This document shows, in pieces, positions 27,687 through 41,700 of a stretch of 64,000 nucleotides of DNA (position 1 is the first letter of the stretch; every line of letters starts with the position of its first letter). The stretch lies in NCBI RefSeq assembly GCF_902459465.1, contig NC_047076.1, forward strand, positions 11,842,001-11,906,000. The letters run 5' to 3'. Position numbers and translations under genes: made by a program. This DNA is from Asterias rubens. Its lineage: Eukaryota. The notes below the pieces were generated by a model. The model was not told the origin of the DNA and ran no database searches. It was given only the letters and a program-made list of their open reading frames with translations.

Positions 27687-30600
27687 CTACCACGAATTGT
27701 CAAGTGCTCTGTCTGAATACATGTTGCCATTGAATCCTGCGGAGCCAGGTGGTAGCATGGCCAAGTAGACTGGCGTATCAGCCCCTTCATCTGGAGTCTT
27801 TGGCCCCTTGTGGCTTGACATATCAGTATCCACGTAACCAGGGCAGCACTGTTTTAGGAAATAAAACAAACACAGAAAAAAATTAAATTAAAGTCAAGGT
27901 ACCCATGTGAGTATAAAACAAATTTCAATCTGAAAGCTTACAAGTTTCATGCCAGTACCAATCATCTAGATAAATACATAACAAAACAGAAAAAAAAGAA
28001 CACAAAAAAACATCAAGAGAACCAAAACAAAAACATTGTTCTTTTTTGCTCTTGTCTTCACATGCAAAATAAGGCTGATTAGAACAGAACAGAATTCCAA
28101 CGAAACTTTAAAAAGTCAAACATTTTGCGGTTTTCAGTAAGCCATAACCATCTAATGTGATTCAATTTTCACAAGTTGTGGCGAAAACTTGAAAAAAGAG
28201 AATGAACAGGACTTGAATTTCATCTTTGAGAGGGCAACTTATTTTTATTTTGCAAAGGGCACTTCCATTGGAAAATCTTAAAGTCAGTGGGGAACTTTTG
28301 AAGGGGGCTCCATGGCATCGAAGGCCACGGTCTCCATGGCCTGGATAAATTTACTCTTCCAACTTCAAATAACGGAAATTGTACAAAACACATCTATAGA
28401 CTTAGCAGATGTTAAAGTTGCATCAGGGATAACGAATAATATTTGGTTTTAGCCTTACACTGATGTGAGTAAGCACTGTAGACGACTTACCGCCATAATA
28501 AGGATGTCATCTTTAGGATTCTCATTCTGTTTTTTCTGTGCAAGTGCCTTCGTTGCAGCAATAACTCCAAGTTTAGTCGTACCGTATGCAGAGTTCGGCC
28601 AGCCTTTGCTCAGATGGTCACCTTGGTTAGCAATCCTGCACGAAACATAGTAATAACAAAGTCTTATATAGCGCACGTATCTACCAACAAGGTACTCAAG
28701 GCGCCAAGTATATACAAACTTTCAGATGGATTCTGAGACCCAATTATTTAGCACCTTATAAGGGTTTACTAGGTGCTTCAGTGCATTCAGCAGCCACAGC
28801 AAGGAGCACCGGGGCGAACCCCTTCTCTTTTCGATAAGTGCGCTGGGTTCTTTTACATGCGTTACACAACACGTGGGACCAACTGCTTTACATCATATCT
28901 GAACGACGAAGCAATGATTAAGTGTCTTGCTTAAGGAAACACGTGTCACAGCTGGGGATTCGAACCCACACTCTGCTGATCAGAAACACCAGATTTTGAA
29001 TTTCGGTGCTCTAAACCGCTTGGCCACGACACTTCCATGGCACGTTTCAATGTTAATTTTAACAAATATTTGTACAATTCAACCATTTAGAAGTGGAAAA
29101 TCTCATAAATTCTAAAAAATCTACTCTGCGGCAGAAGAAAAGTCTCTTGAATTCAGAAAAATCTACACAGCGGTAGTAGAGAATATAGCCAGACAATTCT
29201 CAAAAGACAAAATTACCCCAGCAAGTAGATACACACATATTGTGTTAGCGCAAAACAAATACACATTGATACGTCACCATGCAAGTCAAATCCCACAATT
29301 AATAATAATAATAATAAACAAGACTTATAAAGCGCATTTTACAAAATTCAATGCGCTGGAAAGAGTGCTACGGAAAAGACGATTATGAGAATAGATGTGT
29401 TTTTAATTTACTCTTGAATGTCTGGAGTGTGTTGGTGTTCCGAATATGACTTGGTAGGGCGTTCCAGCACCGGGGACCAGCGACTGAAAAGGACCGGTCC
29501 CATGCCCTTTTGTGTGTGCGAGGGATTGTTAGATTCTGGCTGGAGCGGAGCCCACTCCGGCCAGGTTTGTTGAAATTTAGCGACTCTGTAAGGTATTGCG
29601 GAAGTACGTTAGAGAGTGCTTTGTGCATGTTCACTGATGTTTTTTGTATTAAAAAAAATTGCCATGGGTATTTTCAGTTTCAAGAATTGTTCATTACAAA
29701 CATATTTGATTTTGTTAAAATAAAGTTTTCATCCGACTTTTTTTCTTGTTTTTTTTTATACACACGAGACTTGCACAGTCTATTGACTGATGACTGTCAT
29801 CTTTGTGGAAGAACTTACTAAATAAATTCTTTCATGTAGAATCATGCTCACCAGATTTTGGTTACCAGCCAAAACAGCATGCCGTGTGTACCAATTGTGA
29901 CTGGTATCCTGGTTTTTTTTAAGCAATATTTGTCGTTAAGTTCATAAATACAACATTGCGTTATTGACTCTCATCTTTGTGAAAAGTACTTACTCAACAA
30001 ATTCTTTCATAAGAAGTGCGACATCTTCCTCTGTATTGGCAGCTCTTATACGATCTTTGTTCTCCTCACTCAGTTTCTTGAAAGCAAAATTTCCAGCCAT
30101 GCTGGCCACATTGACTACCCTACAGAAAAACAAATTCATTTAAATCTTGTAACTGATTATTTTTAGGAAATGAAGTTTACAATCTCAGGATTACTTCACG
30201 AAGGCGACGCAGGCGATTGCCTCCTTGCCCCCTGGTCATTGCTTTGGTGCCCTTGAAAAGGGTGCTCTGTCCTAATTCAAACAAAAGTCTGAAAGATCTC
30301 ATCCCTGAAAAATGAGTGAATGGGGCCCCTCTTTTAAAGTCAATGGACAATATTGCTAATTACTCAAAATAATTGTGAGCATAAAAACTTACTCGGTAAT
30401 GAGCAATGGAGAGCTAATGATAGTATAAAACATTGTGAGAAACTGCTCTCTCTGAAGTATATTCCACTAAAAGTATATTCTACTAAAATATTTGAATTTG
30501 ATTTAGGGACCTCAGAATTAGATTTTGAGGTCCCGAAATCAAGCATCTCAAAGCACCCAACTTCAGGTGACAAGGGTATTTTTTCTTCCATTATTATCTC

Positions 30601-32733
30601 GCAACTTTGATGACCAATTGAGTTCAAACTTTCACAGGTTTGTTATTTTGTGCATATGTTGGGATACATCAAGTAAGTAGACTGGTCTTTGACAATTAAA
30701 TAGCATCCAGTGTCTTTAAAACTTGAAGTACATCTCAAAAAAATATCATGCTTTATTTAGTTTATTTAGTTTAAACAAATTTTTTCCAAGTCGCCAGACA
30801 CACGAGGCCTTAAGGCCACTTCAAGGTGTGGGCTACAATTATTTTGTTCCAGAGGCCTTTGCAAAACTACTCCTGGGGCTGAAACAGAGTTACCTCTTTT
30901 ACAGTCCATACGGATGTAGGCTTGGGTATCATCAATCCGAAGCCTGGCCGGTAGAGCAGAAAGCACTACCTCCCCAATTTTACGTAGCAAGTGTCACGAC
31001 CGGGGTTAAAATTCACACTCTGCTGATCAAACACCAGAGCTTGAATCCGGTGCTCTGAACCGCTCGGCCATGACTGACTGACGGTCATATAAAAATGCCT
31101 GACAAATACTGACAATAAAAATATTTAGGAAAACTGTACCTTCCACCCGGTCTCACTAGAGGAATGAGGACTTTGCAAACATACACTGTTGATGTGTAGT
31201 TAGTTGCCATGGTGACGGTTGCCTGGGTGCCAAATGATTCAGTTGCGGCAGCCTGTTTAAGGGATTGGAGAAACAACAAAATTAAGAAATAAGTCAAAGA
31301 GGCTGAGGTCACCTGACTATGTAGACATACGAAGAAGGGACACTGCATTTGTGACAGCAGATGAAATTTCTACATGCATGAGGGACAGGCAGATCAAGGC
31401 TCAATTTTATTTATCCTGCAGCTGATTTCATTAAATTGTAAGGATTAACCCTATCCCGAGTAGGCCTAACCCTCGTCCGAACTTAGGATGGGTTCAATGT
31501 GTCCTAGCGTCTAGATGGTTACGGAACTTAACTCGTCCCAAGTCCTACGATTAATCTTAACTTAAGATGGGAAGAGTTTGGTGAAATCGACAGCCGTAGG
31601 CATAAAAAGTTGCTAAGCACAGACAAATCTTGCTTAACAGAAACTGGTTACCAGCCAAAATTCCATAAAGTTTACATTATTGCAACACTGATTTTTTTGC
31701 TAGGCAAAGAAAATTGCCAAGCAGTATTTTCTGCTAGCTTTACGAAATTGGGCCCTGGGAACAACTGTTGTTACATCAATGACCAAGGACACCAAGTCTT
31801 GAAATAGGAGAAGTCAAGAATTGAAGGACTGAACTTTGGATGACCCAGGCTTGAGTCACAATGGTCGCCGACTCGTACTCGGACACAACCATTCCGTTCC
31901 TACTTCCATCTCAAATCGACGCAAGACTTTGGATCACAACAATGGGAGACTTTTGAGACGCTGGCGGCAGCAGACATAACGGTCTTTTCTTTCCGGTTCT
32001 GAATGTGCGCTGACATGCTCAATATTGCACGGATAGGTCTGAGCAAGTAAGTGCACTACTGGCGAGGACCGTACAGTCTCCCATTGCATTGTGTGTTTTG
32101 ACAACCAAGTTCAAATTCTTGCAACACAAACCTTGAATGCAATTCCTGCATTGTTGATCAGAACGTCCAAACCTCCGTATGTTTTCTTCAAGTAGTCTCG
32201 GAGCCTGTCCACGCTGGTTTGGTCGTCGATATCTAACTGATGAAACTGAGGCTTGAGACCTTCCTGGTTGAGTTTAGCCACGGCTTCTTTACCCCTTTCT
32301 TCATTTCGTGATGTGAGGTAGACAACACCATTGTCAAGTTGCTTGCATAGCGCCCGTACGGCGGCAAACCCAATGCCTTTGTTGCTACCTGTGACCTGAA
32401 GGAAGAAACTTTTTTAATAAACAAGTTTGACAATAGAAAAAAAAAACAACACCAAAACGTCCATATCTTTCTACTTTCCCCTCGGACTTGCCGACCAGCC
32501 AACAATTCACTGACTAAGAAATGAGATTTGACTCAATTTTGACTAATTTTCACGCCCCCACGGCCACACACAGGGGGTCACAGGCCCTCTCTTCGAAGTA
32601 GGACTAGACTCTGGTCTGGAGTAATGAAGTATGACTGCAGTCTTTCTTCAATTCAATTCAAGCATGGAATTACAGTTACACGATCTTTATTTACTTAAAA
32701 TATACTTACCAGAGCTACTCGAGGTGAAGCCAT
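27687..32733 (-). CDS. CBR1: Carbonyl reductase [NADPH] 1-like SDR, copy B, 6 coding exons, 277 aa
   Basis: Exons 32710-32733, 32132-32395, 31140-31252, 29994-30119, 28491-28635, 27687-27848. All are GT-AG with compatible phases and total 834 nt with no internal stop. Motifs: VTGSNKGIG (TGxxxGxG), NNAG, YGTTK (YxxxK), CCPGYVDTDM, KTPDEGADTPVYLA. Confidence 0.93.
28662..29035 (-). mobile_element. tRNA-derived SINE, third family, near full length
   Basis: The minus strand starts GTGTCGTGGCCAAGCGG ... GGTTCGAATCCCC ... TAAGCAAGACACTT and ends GTGCGCTATATAAGAC. Partial copies lie at 11390-11620 (-), 30965-31072 (-), 59835-60360 (+) and 60555-60615 (+). Confidence 0.75.
29110..29295 (+). mobile_element. 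Penelope pLTR 3' fragment, diverged
   Basis: CAAGTAGATACACACAT...AAATACACATTGATAC.TCACCA is shared with the pLTR copies at 17285, 52940 and 61119. Confidence 0.6.
29300..29634 (-). mobile_element. L2/CR1-group LINE 3' fragment
   Basis: Translates to DRSFSVAGPRCWNALPSHIR....FKSKLKTHLF, with a 3' tail CGCTTTATAAG..(TTA)n. Confidence 0.85.
30334..30719. mobile_element. Main TTAA MITE copy in CBR-B intron 3
   Basis: Terminal inverted repeats, TTAA flanks and the shared body. Confidence 0.8.
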
Positions 32734-35159
32734 CTTCCAAAATTTCAACACAACAAAATAAAAACTTTATTTAAAAAATGGGCTTATCCGTAAAACGTAG
32801 CGCAAAGTTTCTATGTGATTGTGAGGTTGAATAAAAATTAAAGATACTTTACTGACTAAATCACTGACTAAATCACTGAAGGTTTGTAGAGGACCCACGC
32901 CTACGAATTTTGTGAAGTACGTGTGTAGACTTATGGCAAATGTTACCGTTGCTGTTATAGTGTTGTGTGTAGGATAACTTAAGCATGACACATCAGTTTT
33001 GCGGTGGTGTTTGTTGAATGTTGGTGGCAGTGTCAGATTCATTTAGTCTGAACCCCATATTCGAGCTGTCTCTGTTATCACCACAATCCCATTAAACGCG
33101 TGTAGGTACTACTCGCTACACGGAAGCAGCAATGTGAGCTTTTAATCTCATGACGGTGAAGGGCAGACATAGGAGAACTGTGTGGATGGTGTGGCCTAGG
33201 AATTCACCGGGCAAAAAGGGGGCGTGGCGAATGATGTCCAGGGTCCAAAAAAGGGCCCATGTTGCATGCAATAATGTCTGCTATGCATACTATCCGGAGG
33301 ACATTATTGCATATGCAATAATGTCTGCCAGACGGTTTTGCATATGCAATCGTGTTCGCCCCGTGCAAAACCGTCCTTGCAGTAAATTAAATGCCCTTGG
33401 TCGGCGGAACACGTCCGCCATTTTCATACAAGCTAAGTGCATGTCATGAATGACATGGGAAATGTTCGGCCATTGGGTATTTGCTGCAATCATAAAATAC
33501 GTGAATATTCATGCTGCATCAGGTTCAGTGCATGCTTGCTCGCTTACGCGCGCACATACATGTAGATGTCTGCCGGACAGTGTTTGCATAGACCCGGACA
33601 TGATTGCATTTGCATAAGTGTCCAGAGCGGACAGTATTGCATGGCGGACACAATTGCATCTGACACCCACTCTTCAGTCACTTATTTTGTTTAGATAATT
33701 AAAAATAGTATTTTAACTAAATAACCCAATTTATAAGAAAAACAAATATTGCATAAAACTTTTTAAGCAGGCAACATCCCGGAAGTAAGCATTCAAATAT
33801 AAAAAGGCTTATAAAATAAGAACAGACACAAACTTGTCTTACTGTGAAAAGGGTGCTTTCGCTTAGCTTTCCTATGTCAACCCCGCGGTGCTCATTCGGG
33901 TGAGCCCCTGGCAAGAGCTAATCGAACAATCAACCATCCTCTTGTGATCACATCAGCACCTGGAGCAATCCCCAAGTGACCCATTCCACAATCAGGGCAT
34001 GCACTCAGGGCTGCACTTGGGGCTGACCCAGGTGAGCCCCTGGAATGACGTCAAAGCTCCTCGAACATACCGGGGTTGACCCAGGGAAGCTAATCGAATG
34101 CACCTATTACAATTCAACACAAAATGCAACAAACACACATCTTGCATCCGGAATAATTTTATTGACGATATGTAAAATGGAAATAAATGCAGCATGCAAT
34201 TTTTTTTTTTTCATAATCAAGATCTTCAGAATAAGTACATTTTATAGTTTTTAAAATAACTATACCTTAAAGGCACTGGACACCTTTGGTAATTGTCATA
34301 GACCAGTATTCTCACTAGGTGTTTCTCATAATGTTTTATACTATAAACAGCTCTCCATTGCTTGTTACCAAGGTAAGATTTTAGGTTTACAATCATTACC
34401 AATAGTGTTCACTGCCTTTAACACAAATTTGTTTGCACACTACCTATAAATAAAAGCTTATATAACTTTATGGATTCTATAAAAAACAGCCTTTTAAAAT
34501 ATAGAACTGTACAATATATATAGATATAATAGCATCTTTAATGACATGAAAGTATACAAAAACAACTAGAAGGGGTACGTAAACCTGATCGCCATTGTCA
34601 AAAGTTTTATACCTGATAGTCATTCCTACAATAATTGGTAATCATAATTTGTGTTAACAATAGTCAATTGAGAGGTTTCTGTTTCAACTTGATGGTGTTT
34701 CCATGGATTAAAATCAACAGTGTTGAACTTGGTTTGTTTACTGTTTTTTTGCCTAAAGTATATTTTCTGGTTTAGTGGTGCGGATACAATTGTCCTGAGA
34801 TTTTATGGCACTACATTGTCACAAATGTATATAATTACCAATGCAATTTATCTTCAAGTATGCGCTAATCCTCTTATCAGATTCTCAGAATGGAGTGGTG
34901 ATAAAAACCTAGCACGGCTAATATCACTACCTGCGTATTGTGTGTTCTATGTCACGCGAAAAGTTTGCTTGAAGATAAATACGTTATCACACGCGCACTC
35001 GTGGAAATACGAAAAAATCGCGCTTGTGTGATAATTTTATATTTGCACAATAAATACCGTTGTGTTGTAGGGATAGAAATGGATATAAGCAAACCCCCGA
35101 GTATCGATTATTCTGTTGTGGATTTGTGGGAGCGATTGAAGCATCACACCAAGTCAAGT

Positions 35160-35775
35160 TGTGAGTACAACACACTGGACTTTGGTATAACTGTCATTAC
35201 AAATGGTAAAAGGTCCTTGTAACTCAACTAAAAAGTACTTGAATACCAAACTAGACTTTGGTATAATTATTATTACAAATTGTATAGGTCCTGTAGCTCA
35301 ACTAAAAATACTTGAATACAACACTAGCATTCGGTATAACTGTTATTACAAATAGTAGGGTCCCTGAAACTCAACTAAAAGTACTTGAATACCAAACTAG
35401 ACTTTGGTATTACTGTTTTTACAAATAGTAGGGTCCCTGTCACTAGACTAACAGTCTTTGAATCATAGATATATATATAAGAACTAGAGCACGTACTGGT
35501 GATGCTACATGCACAAACGTGCCGGGACCGCAAGGAGACATGGCGCCATTTTGTAAAATGAACTCTGACTTGCGCTGAATGTGAAATACACGCTGTGTAT
35601 ATTGATAAATACACGCTATGCGATGCTGTTTCGTCAACTTGCAAAATGGCCAGATGCGCGCATGCCGGGTCGAGTATATAGGCCAGTGCGCCCTCTTATA
35701 TGTAACTCTGTGACTTGAATACAACACTAGACTTTGGTATAATTGTTGTTACACAAAGTCTGGTTCCCTGTGACT
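35160..35775. repeat. ~60-bp tandem repeat just downstream of the CBR-A stop codon, interrupted at about 35475-35715
   Basis: TTGAATAC(A/C)A.ACTAGACTTTGGTAT..T...ATTACAAAT...GGTCCCTG...CTCAACTAAAA recurs about 6 times. Confidence 0.8.
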
Positions 35776-38700
35776 ACCACACATTGACTAGTGCTCTGTC
35801 TGCATACATGTTGCCATTGAATCCTGCGGAACCAGGTGGTAGCATGGCCAAGTAGACTGGCGTATCAGCCCCTTCATCTGGTGTCTTTTTCCCCTTGTTG
35901 CTTGTCATATCTGTATCCACGTAACCTGGGCAGCACTATTTTATGAAGTGAACAAAAAAGACACAGAAAAATCACAAATTAAATTCAAACTACTTGAATA
36001 GTAGTATAAAAAGGGTTCAATGTGAAATGTTAAGAAATTTCAGAATACTACTGTCAACATGAAGAAAACAGTCTTTAAAAGCAGTGGCCACTATTGGTAA
36101 TTGTCAAAGACTAGTCTTCACAGTTGGTGTGTCTCAACATATGCATACAATAACTAACCTGTGAAAATTTGATCTCAATCGGTCATTAAAGTTGGGAGAT
36201 AATAATGAAAGAAGAAAACACCCTTGTCACACGAAGTTGTGTGCGTTTAGATGGTTGATTTTGAAACCTCAAGTTCTAAATCTGAGGTCTCGAAATCAAA
36301 TTCGTTGAAAATTACTTCTTTCTCGAAAACTATGGCACTTCAGAGGGAGCTGTTTCTCAAAATGTTTTATACTATCAACCTCTTCCCATTACTCGTCACA
36401 AAGAAAGGTTTTATGCTAATAATTATTTTGAGTAATTACCAATAGTGTCCACTGCCTTTAAAACCAAACAATTTCAATTTTTTTTTACAGATTCAGCGAC
36501 AAAGTTTCACAAATTTTAGTTATTTTCACTAAACCAGAACTACCTAATGTGATCAATATTATAGTGTGTTGATTTAAAACTCAACGATGTGGAATGAATT
36601 TACTCTATTTACTTCCAATGATGAAAACTATACAAAACAGCTTTAGGCGTTATAAATTTGTGATTGAATATAATGTTGAAAGCGCTTTTCGACATAATGT
36701 ATAAAGCGCTATATAAAAAACGAATACTATTGTTATTATTGAAAGTTCTGTCCTTTGGTTGCAAACATTGAAAATAACAACTCTTACTTTGAAGGTTTAT
36801 TGTTTCTTGACATAAAATTTTAACAAACTTACCGCCATAATTAGGATGTCATCTTTAGGATTCTCACTTTGGTTTTTTTGTGCAAGTGCTTTCACCGCAC
36901 CAATAACTCCAAGTTTAGTCATGGCATAACCCCAGTCAGGCCAGCCTTTGCTTACATGGTCACCTTTGTTTGCAGCCCTGCAAAGAGTAAAAATAATAAT
37001 GTCATTTTTAGTTTTTAAAATATAATGAAATAACCCATACTAACCAAAATATAGTATTCACAGCTGTCGGGGCAATCTTGGTGGTCTAGTTGGCAAGACA
37101 ATGCTCTGTAAGAGACCGATCCATTAAGCTCCGCCCCATTGCGTATTGACCAATCACAACGCAACAAAGGTCCGACACCAAGGTCCGACATGCGTGCGCG
37201 TATGCTTGGCACACACGAGAGTTGTGCAGAAAAGCATTGGAGAGCCACACATGTTCTTGCTCACATGTGCGTTGCGGGCGGAGCCTACTGGATCGGTCTG
37301 TTGCAAAGGTCGTGGGTTTGAATCCCACCCAAGTAATATGCATGTGATTTTTTTTTGTACAGAGCTCATGGAGTGTATACAGTGCTAACACACGTCGGTG
37401 TGTATATACCATAGGTAAAACCAAAATGAATGCTCTTCATCTCTGATGCAAATTTCCATCTTTTCAACTACATGACCTTGACCTGAAGCTACACCTTGAT
37501 CTCCCAAGCCCTTGATCTCTCTACCTGAACTTAAGTAGGATTTGAAACTTTGCATGGTGGAAGTAAGATATAGAAAAGTTTGCGGTAACACCATGTAATA
37601 ACAATCTCTCAATGAGTTGGGGTGGTTCTGAAAAGAACCGTTGGATAACAATCTCTAAATGAGTTGGGGTGGTTCTGAAAAGAACCGTTGGATCCAACGG
37701 TTCTTTTCAGAACCACTCCAACTCGTTTAGAGATTGTTATTACATGGTGTTACCGCAAACTTTTCTATATCTACCTGAACTTGTTGTTATGTGGGGTTGG
37801 CATAGAAGTATCTTTCCTCGCCTTCCACCTCTAGGACCCACTTCAAAATTAAACCTGGGGCAATGAGTTTTCAGTCCCTACCTGACTTGATGGTTTCCCT
37901 GAATTATGTTTCTGGCATTTTGGATCCCCCCATCTACAAATTAAACTTCCTTCCTTGTTTTCTCTCCAATAGGTTCTTCCTTGGCTTGTATTGATCAAGA
38001 TCACTATTTCTGAGAGTCCTTGACTTCACAACCCAAATAAATTAAAATGTTTTCTTTACAGCGAACTCATAATGGCCCTTTTACATAGAGTTGCATAAAG
38101 CACCAAAAAATAGCTGAGCACTAAAACAATTATGCTTCAGATTTAGGGTAACATCCTACACAACATGCAAGCATACAATTTATGAATGGTATCCTGCTAA
38201 TTTTTACTTAGCAAAACCCTGCTCATTTTTACTTAGAATTTTTTTTTGTAAAGCAATACTTTTTGTTTAGTCCATCAATACAACAGTGTGTTATTGACTC
38301 TCATCTTTGTGGGAAGCACTTACTCAACGAACTCTTTCATAAGAAGTGCGACATCTTCCTCCGTCTTAGTAGCTGTCAATCGATCTTGGTTCTCCTTGCT
38401 CATTTTATCGAAAGCCATCTTTCCAGTGAAACTTGCCACACTGACTACCCTGCATGAAAAAAAAGAGAAATCAAAAGTTTTTAGTTCAGAATTAATTAGT
38501 TTAGAAATAAATGGTAGGCTTCTATTGAATTAGACTTGTGGACAAGTCGTTAATGGTCTGCCGCAGTGAGATAGTCGAGTTGTGGCGGTGCTCTTGCGAG
38601 ATCACTATTCTCGCGCAAACTGCTGGTTGCCGACTTCTATGGAACTAGTCGTGAGAGCAGTAGTCTCGCGGGGCCAGCAGTCTTGCGAGGATACCAGGGG

Positions 38701-41700
38701 AATCGCGGGGAGATTCCGAACGCTATCACCGCAACAGACATTTAACGACTTGTCCACAAGTCAACTATTGAATCTTTGCGGAAAACAAATTTTACAAACT
38801 ACACAGAATTAAGTCACACACACATTGGTTTCTGGTTAGCCCAAGTTTTTGGATTCCACTTGGACGTATTTGAATAAAAGTTTTACTTTTTAATTTGTCA
38901 TTTGGTTTGCCCCATCATGTATCATTGTAATTCCACAAACTGATGGAAAAAGGTGAAGTATGTAAAAGCAATATGCAATGTTTGAAACATCTCCCTCTTA
39001 TTTACAACTGCTCCTGCATACTTTGCAATCAAAGTGGTACGACTTTCTCATACTTGGAAAACTAGACGTTTTAGATATGCATAGATGATGGACTGTGTTA
39101 AAGGCACTGGACCCCTTTGGTTATTGTTACAGACACTTGGTGTATTCCAACATATGCATAAAACAACAAATCTGAGAAATATTTTGCTCAATTGGTCATC
39201 AAATTTGCAAGAGAATAATAAAAGAAAAAACACCATTTTTGCATTACATTTCTTTGTGTGCTTTCAGATGCCTAATAATTATAAAAGGCTACAGGCCTGA
39301 AGTCTTTTATTATTTGAGTGCGAAATTACTTCTTTCTCACAAACTACGTTAGTTCAGAGGGAGCCGTTTCTCACAATGTTTTATACTATCAACAGCTCTC
39401 CATACGCCTTTCTTAATATTAATGCATGAGGTACGTCAGTCGTCACAATGCTAACTCAAAACGAGGCGATGGGCGCAGCCACTGCAAGTGATTGGGAACG
39501 TGCGCCCATAGCCTCATTTTGGGTAGGAATTATGACGTCATGCAGGGTTAGGGTTAGGAGTATTAAGAGAGGCGTATTACTTGCTACCAAGTAAGCTTTT
39601 ATGCTTACAAATATATTTTGATATAGTGTCTAGTGCCTTTCAGAACATCTGACTGAGTATAAGAATAAAATAGTTAAATGGAAACTGTGTCTGTACCTGC
39701 CACCTGGTTTAATCACAGGAATTAGGATTTTGCAAGCGTCGATTGTTGCTGTGTAGTTGGTTGCCATGGTGATGGTTGCCTGACTACCAAATGGTTCAGT
39801 AGAAGAAGCCTGTTTGAAAGGATTGATACAAAAATGAAGAAGTAAAATCAAGTACTGATTTGAAGCATGGAATTTTAGACGACCGAGTCTCGGCGAGACA
39901 TAAGTCACAATGGCCTTGACTTAGAACCGGACTAAAATTTGAAAGTGCTTGGTGCTGATAGAAATCAATTAAGGCCAAGTTGATCTTCCGTGTTTTTCCA
40001 AAAAGAGGAGGATGGGGGCCTTTTTATTTTCTATTACTTATTTCCTACACAAACACAGACAAAAATGTTAAATAAAAAGTAGTGAAAAAAGGATGAGGGA
40101 GGTATTTCTTTTTTTAAATTGACTCTTGGAGTTGCAAACTGTAGTGGTGTCTGTCCATTTGTAAATGCTGTGGCCAGAGATAGGGTTGGTACCCCCCTAT
40201 CTAGCAACCGCCGACACTTAAAGACATTGGACACTATTGGTAATTGTCAAAGCCCAGTCTTCTCACTTGGTGTATCTCAACATAAATGCATAAAATAACA
40301 AACCTGTGAAAATTTGAGCTCAATTGGTCATCAAATTTGCGAGATAATAATGAAAGAAAAAACACACATCAAATTCGTGGAAAATTGTTGTGTGCTTTTA
40401 GATGCTTGATTTTGAGACCTCAAATTCTAAACTTGAGGTCTCGAAATCAAATTTGTGGAAAATTACTTCTTTCTCGAAAACTACGTCACTTCAGAGGGAG
40501 CCGTTTCTCACAATGTTTTATACTATCAACCTCTCCCTATTACTCATTACCAAGTAAGGTGTTATGCTAATTATTGTTTTGTGTAATTACCAATAGTGTC
40601 CACTGCCTTTAAGCCCTCTCACATCGCTAAAAATTGATGGATTCGATTTTCTCAATAAAAATACAGTGAAAATTTTTGCTGTTTTCTCAACAAGTCGAAC
40701 TGTAGTCAGCTGAAACTTTCAAAGTTGACTTTTAAATCAGCATTTTGTTGATAAAAAATTAATCCCTGCTGTTAATACGTACCTTGAATGCAATTCCTGC
40801 ATTGTTGATCAGAATGTCCAAACCTCCGTATGTTTTCTTCAAGTAGTCTCGGAGCCTTTCCACACTGGTTCGGTCGTCGATGTCTAACTGATGAAACTGA
40901 GGCTTAAGCCCTTCTTTGTTGAGTTTAGCCACGGCTTCTTTACCCCTTTCTTCATTTCGTGATGTGAGGTAAACAACACCATTGTCAAGTTGCTTGCATA
41001 GCGCTCGTACAGCAGCAAACCCAATGCCTTTGTTGCTACCTGTGACCTGATGGAAGAAACTCTCTTTATTATAAAAACAAGTTTGACAATGTCTAGCGAA
41101 GAAAGATGGCAAAACACAGCTTTGCATTGTAATTAACGATCATCAACAAACATGCAGCATGGACTGACGACTCAGCAGACGTAAGCGCGGAATTTCCTTG
41201 TTATGTACGTACAATGTATCCGTATAGTTGCGATAACGTAAAAACCCTCCTGCCTCCGGTTCCGCCGTCGGCAGGAGGAATGACCGGGGTACTACACGGA
41301 CGGGTACTAGTACTATACCACAGACAACAAAATCACTAGTCAATTGTCCTGTGACTCAATCCGTGGCAAAAAAGTTTCCCTATGGGGGATGGCGCCACCA
41401 CTTTTTCGATATTGTATCTAATTTACCTCAATGAGATATCCCTTTTTTGTAAAAATTAGTTAAAAAATGTGGCGCCATACGGAAAGTTATCCAAAAATAA
41501 ATACACAAACAAATAGCATAAACAACTTTATTAAAATTTTAGCCACATAACATAATTTTATAACACATTTGGTAGCCCCACTTCAAGTGGCTTGTGTGGC
41601 CAAGGATATTCAGCTATCCTTGGCCACACAAGTGGGGCTAAGTAGTGGTGGCAGCAGTACGTTAGTAAAAAATTAGTATACAAAAATGAAATGTTCCTTC

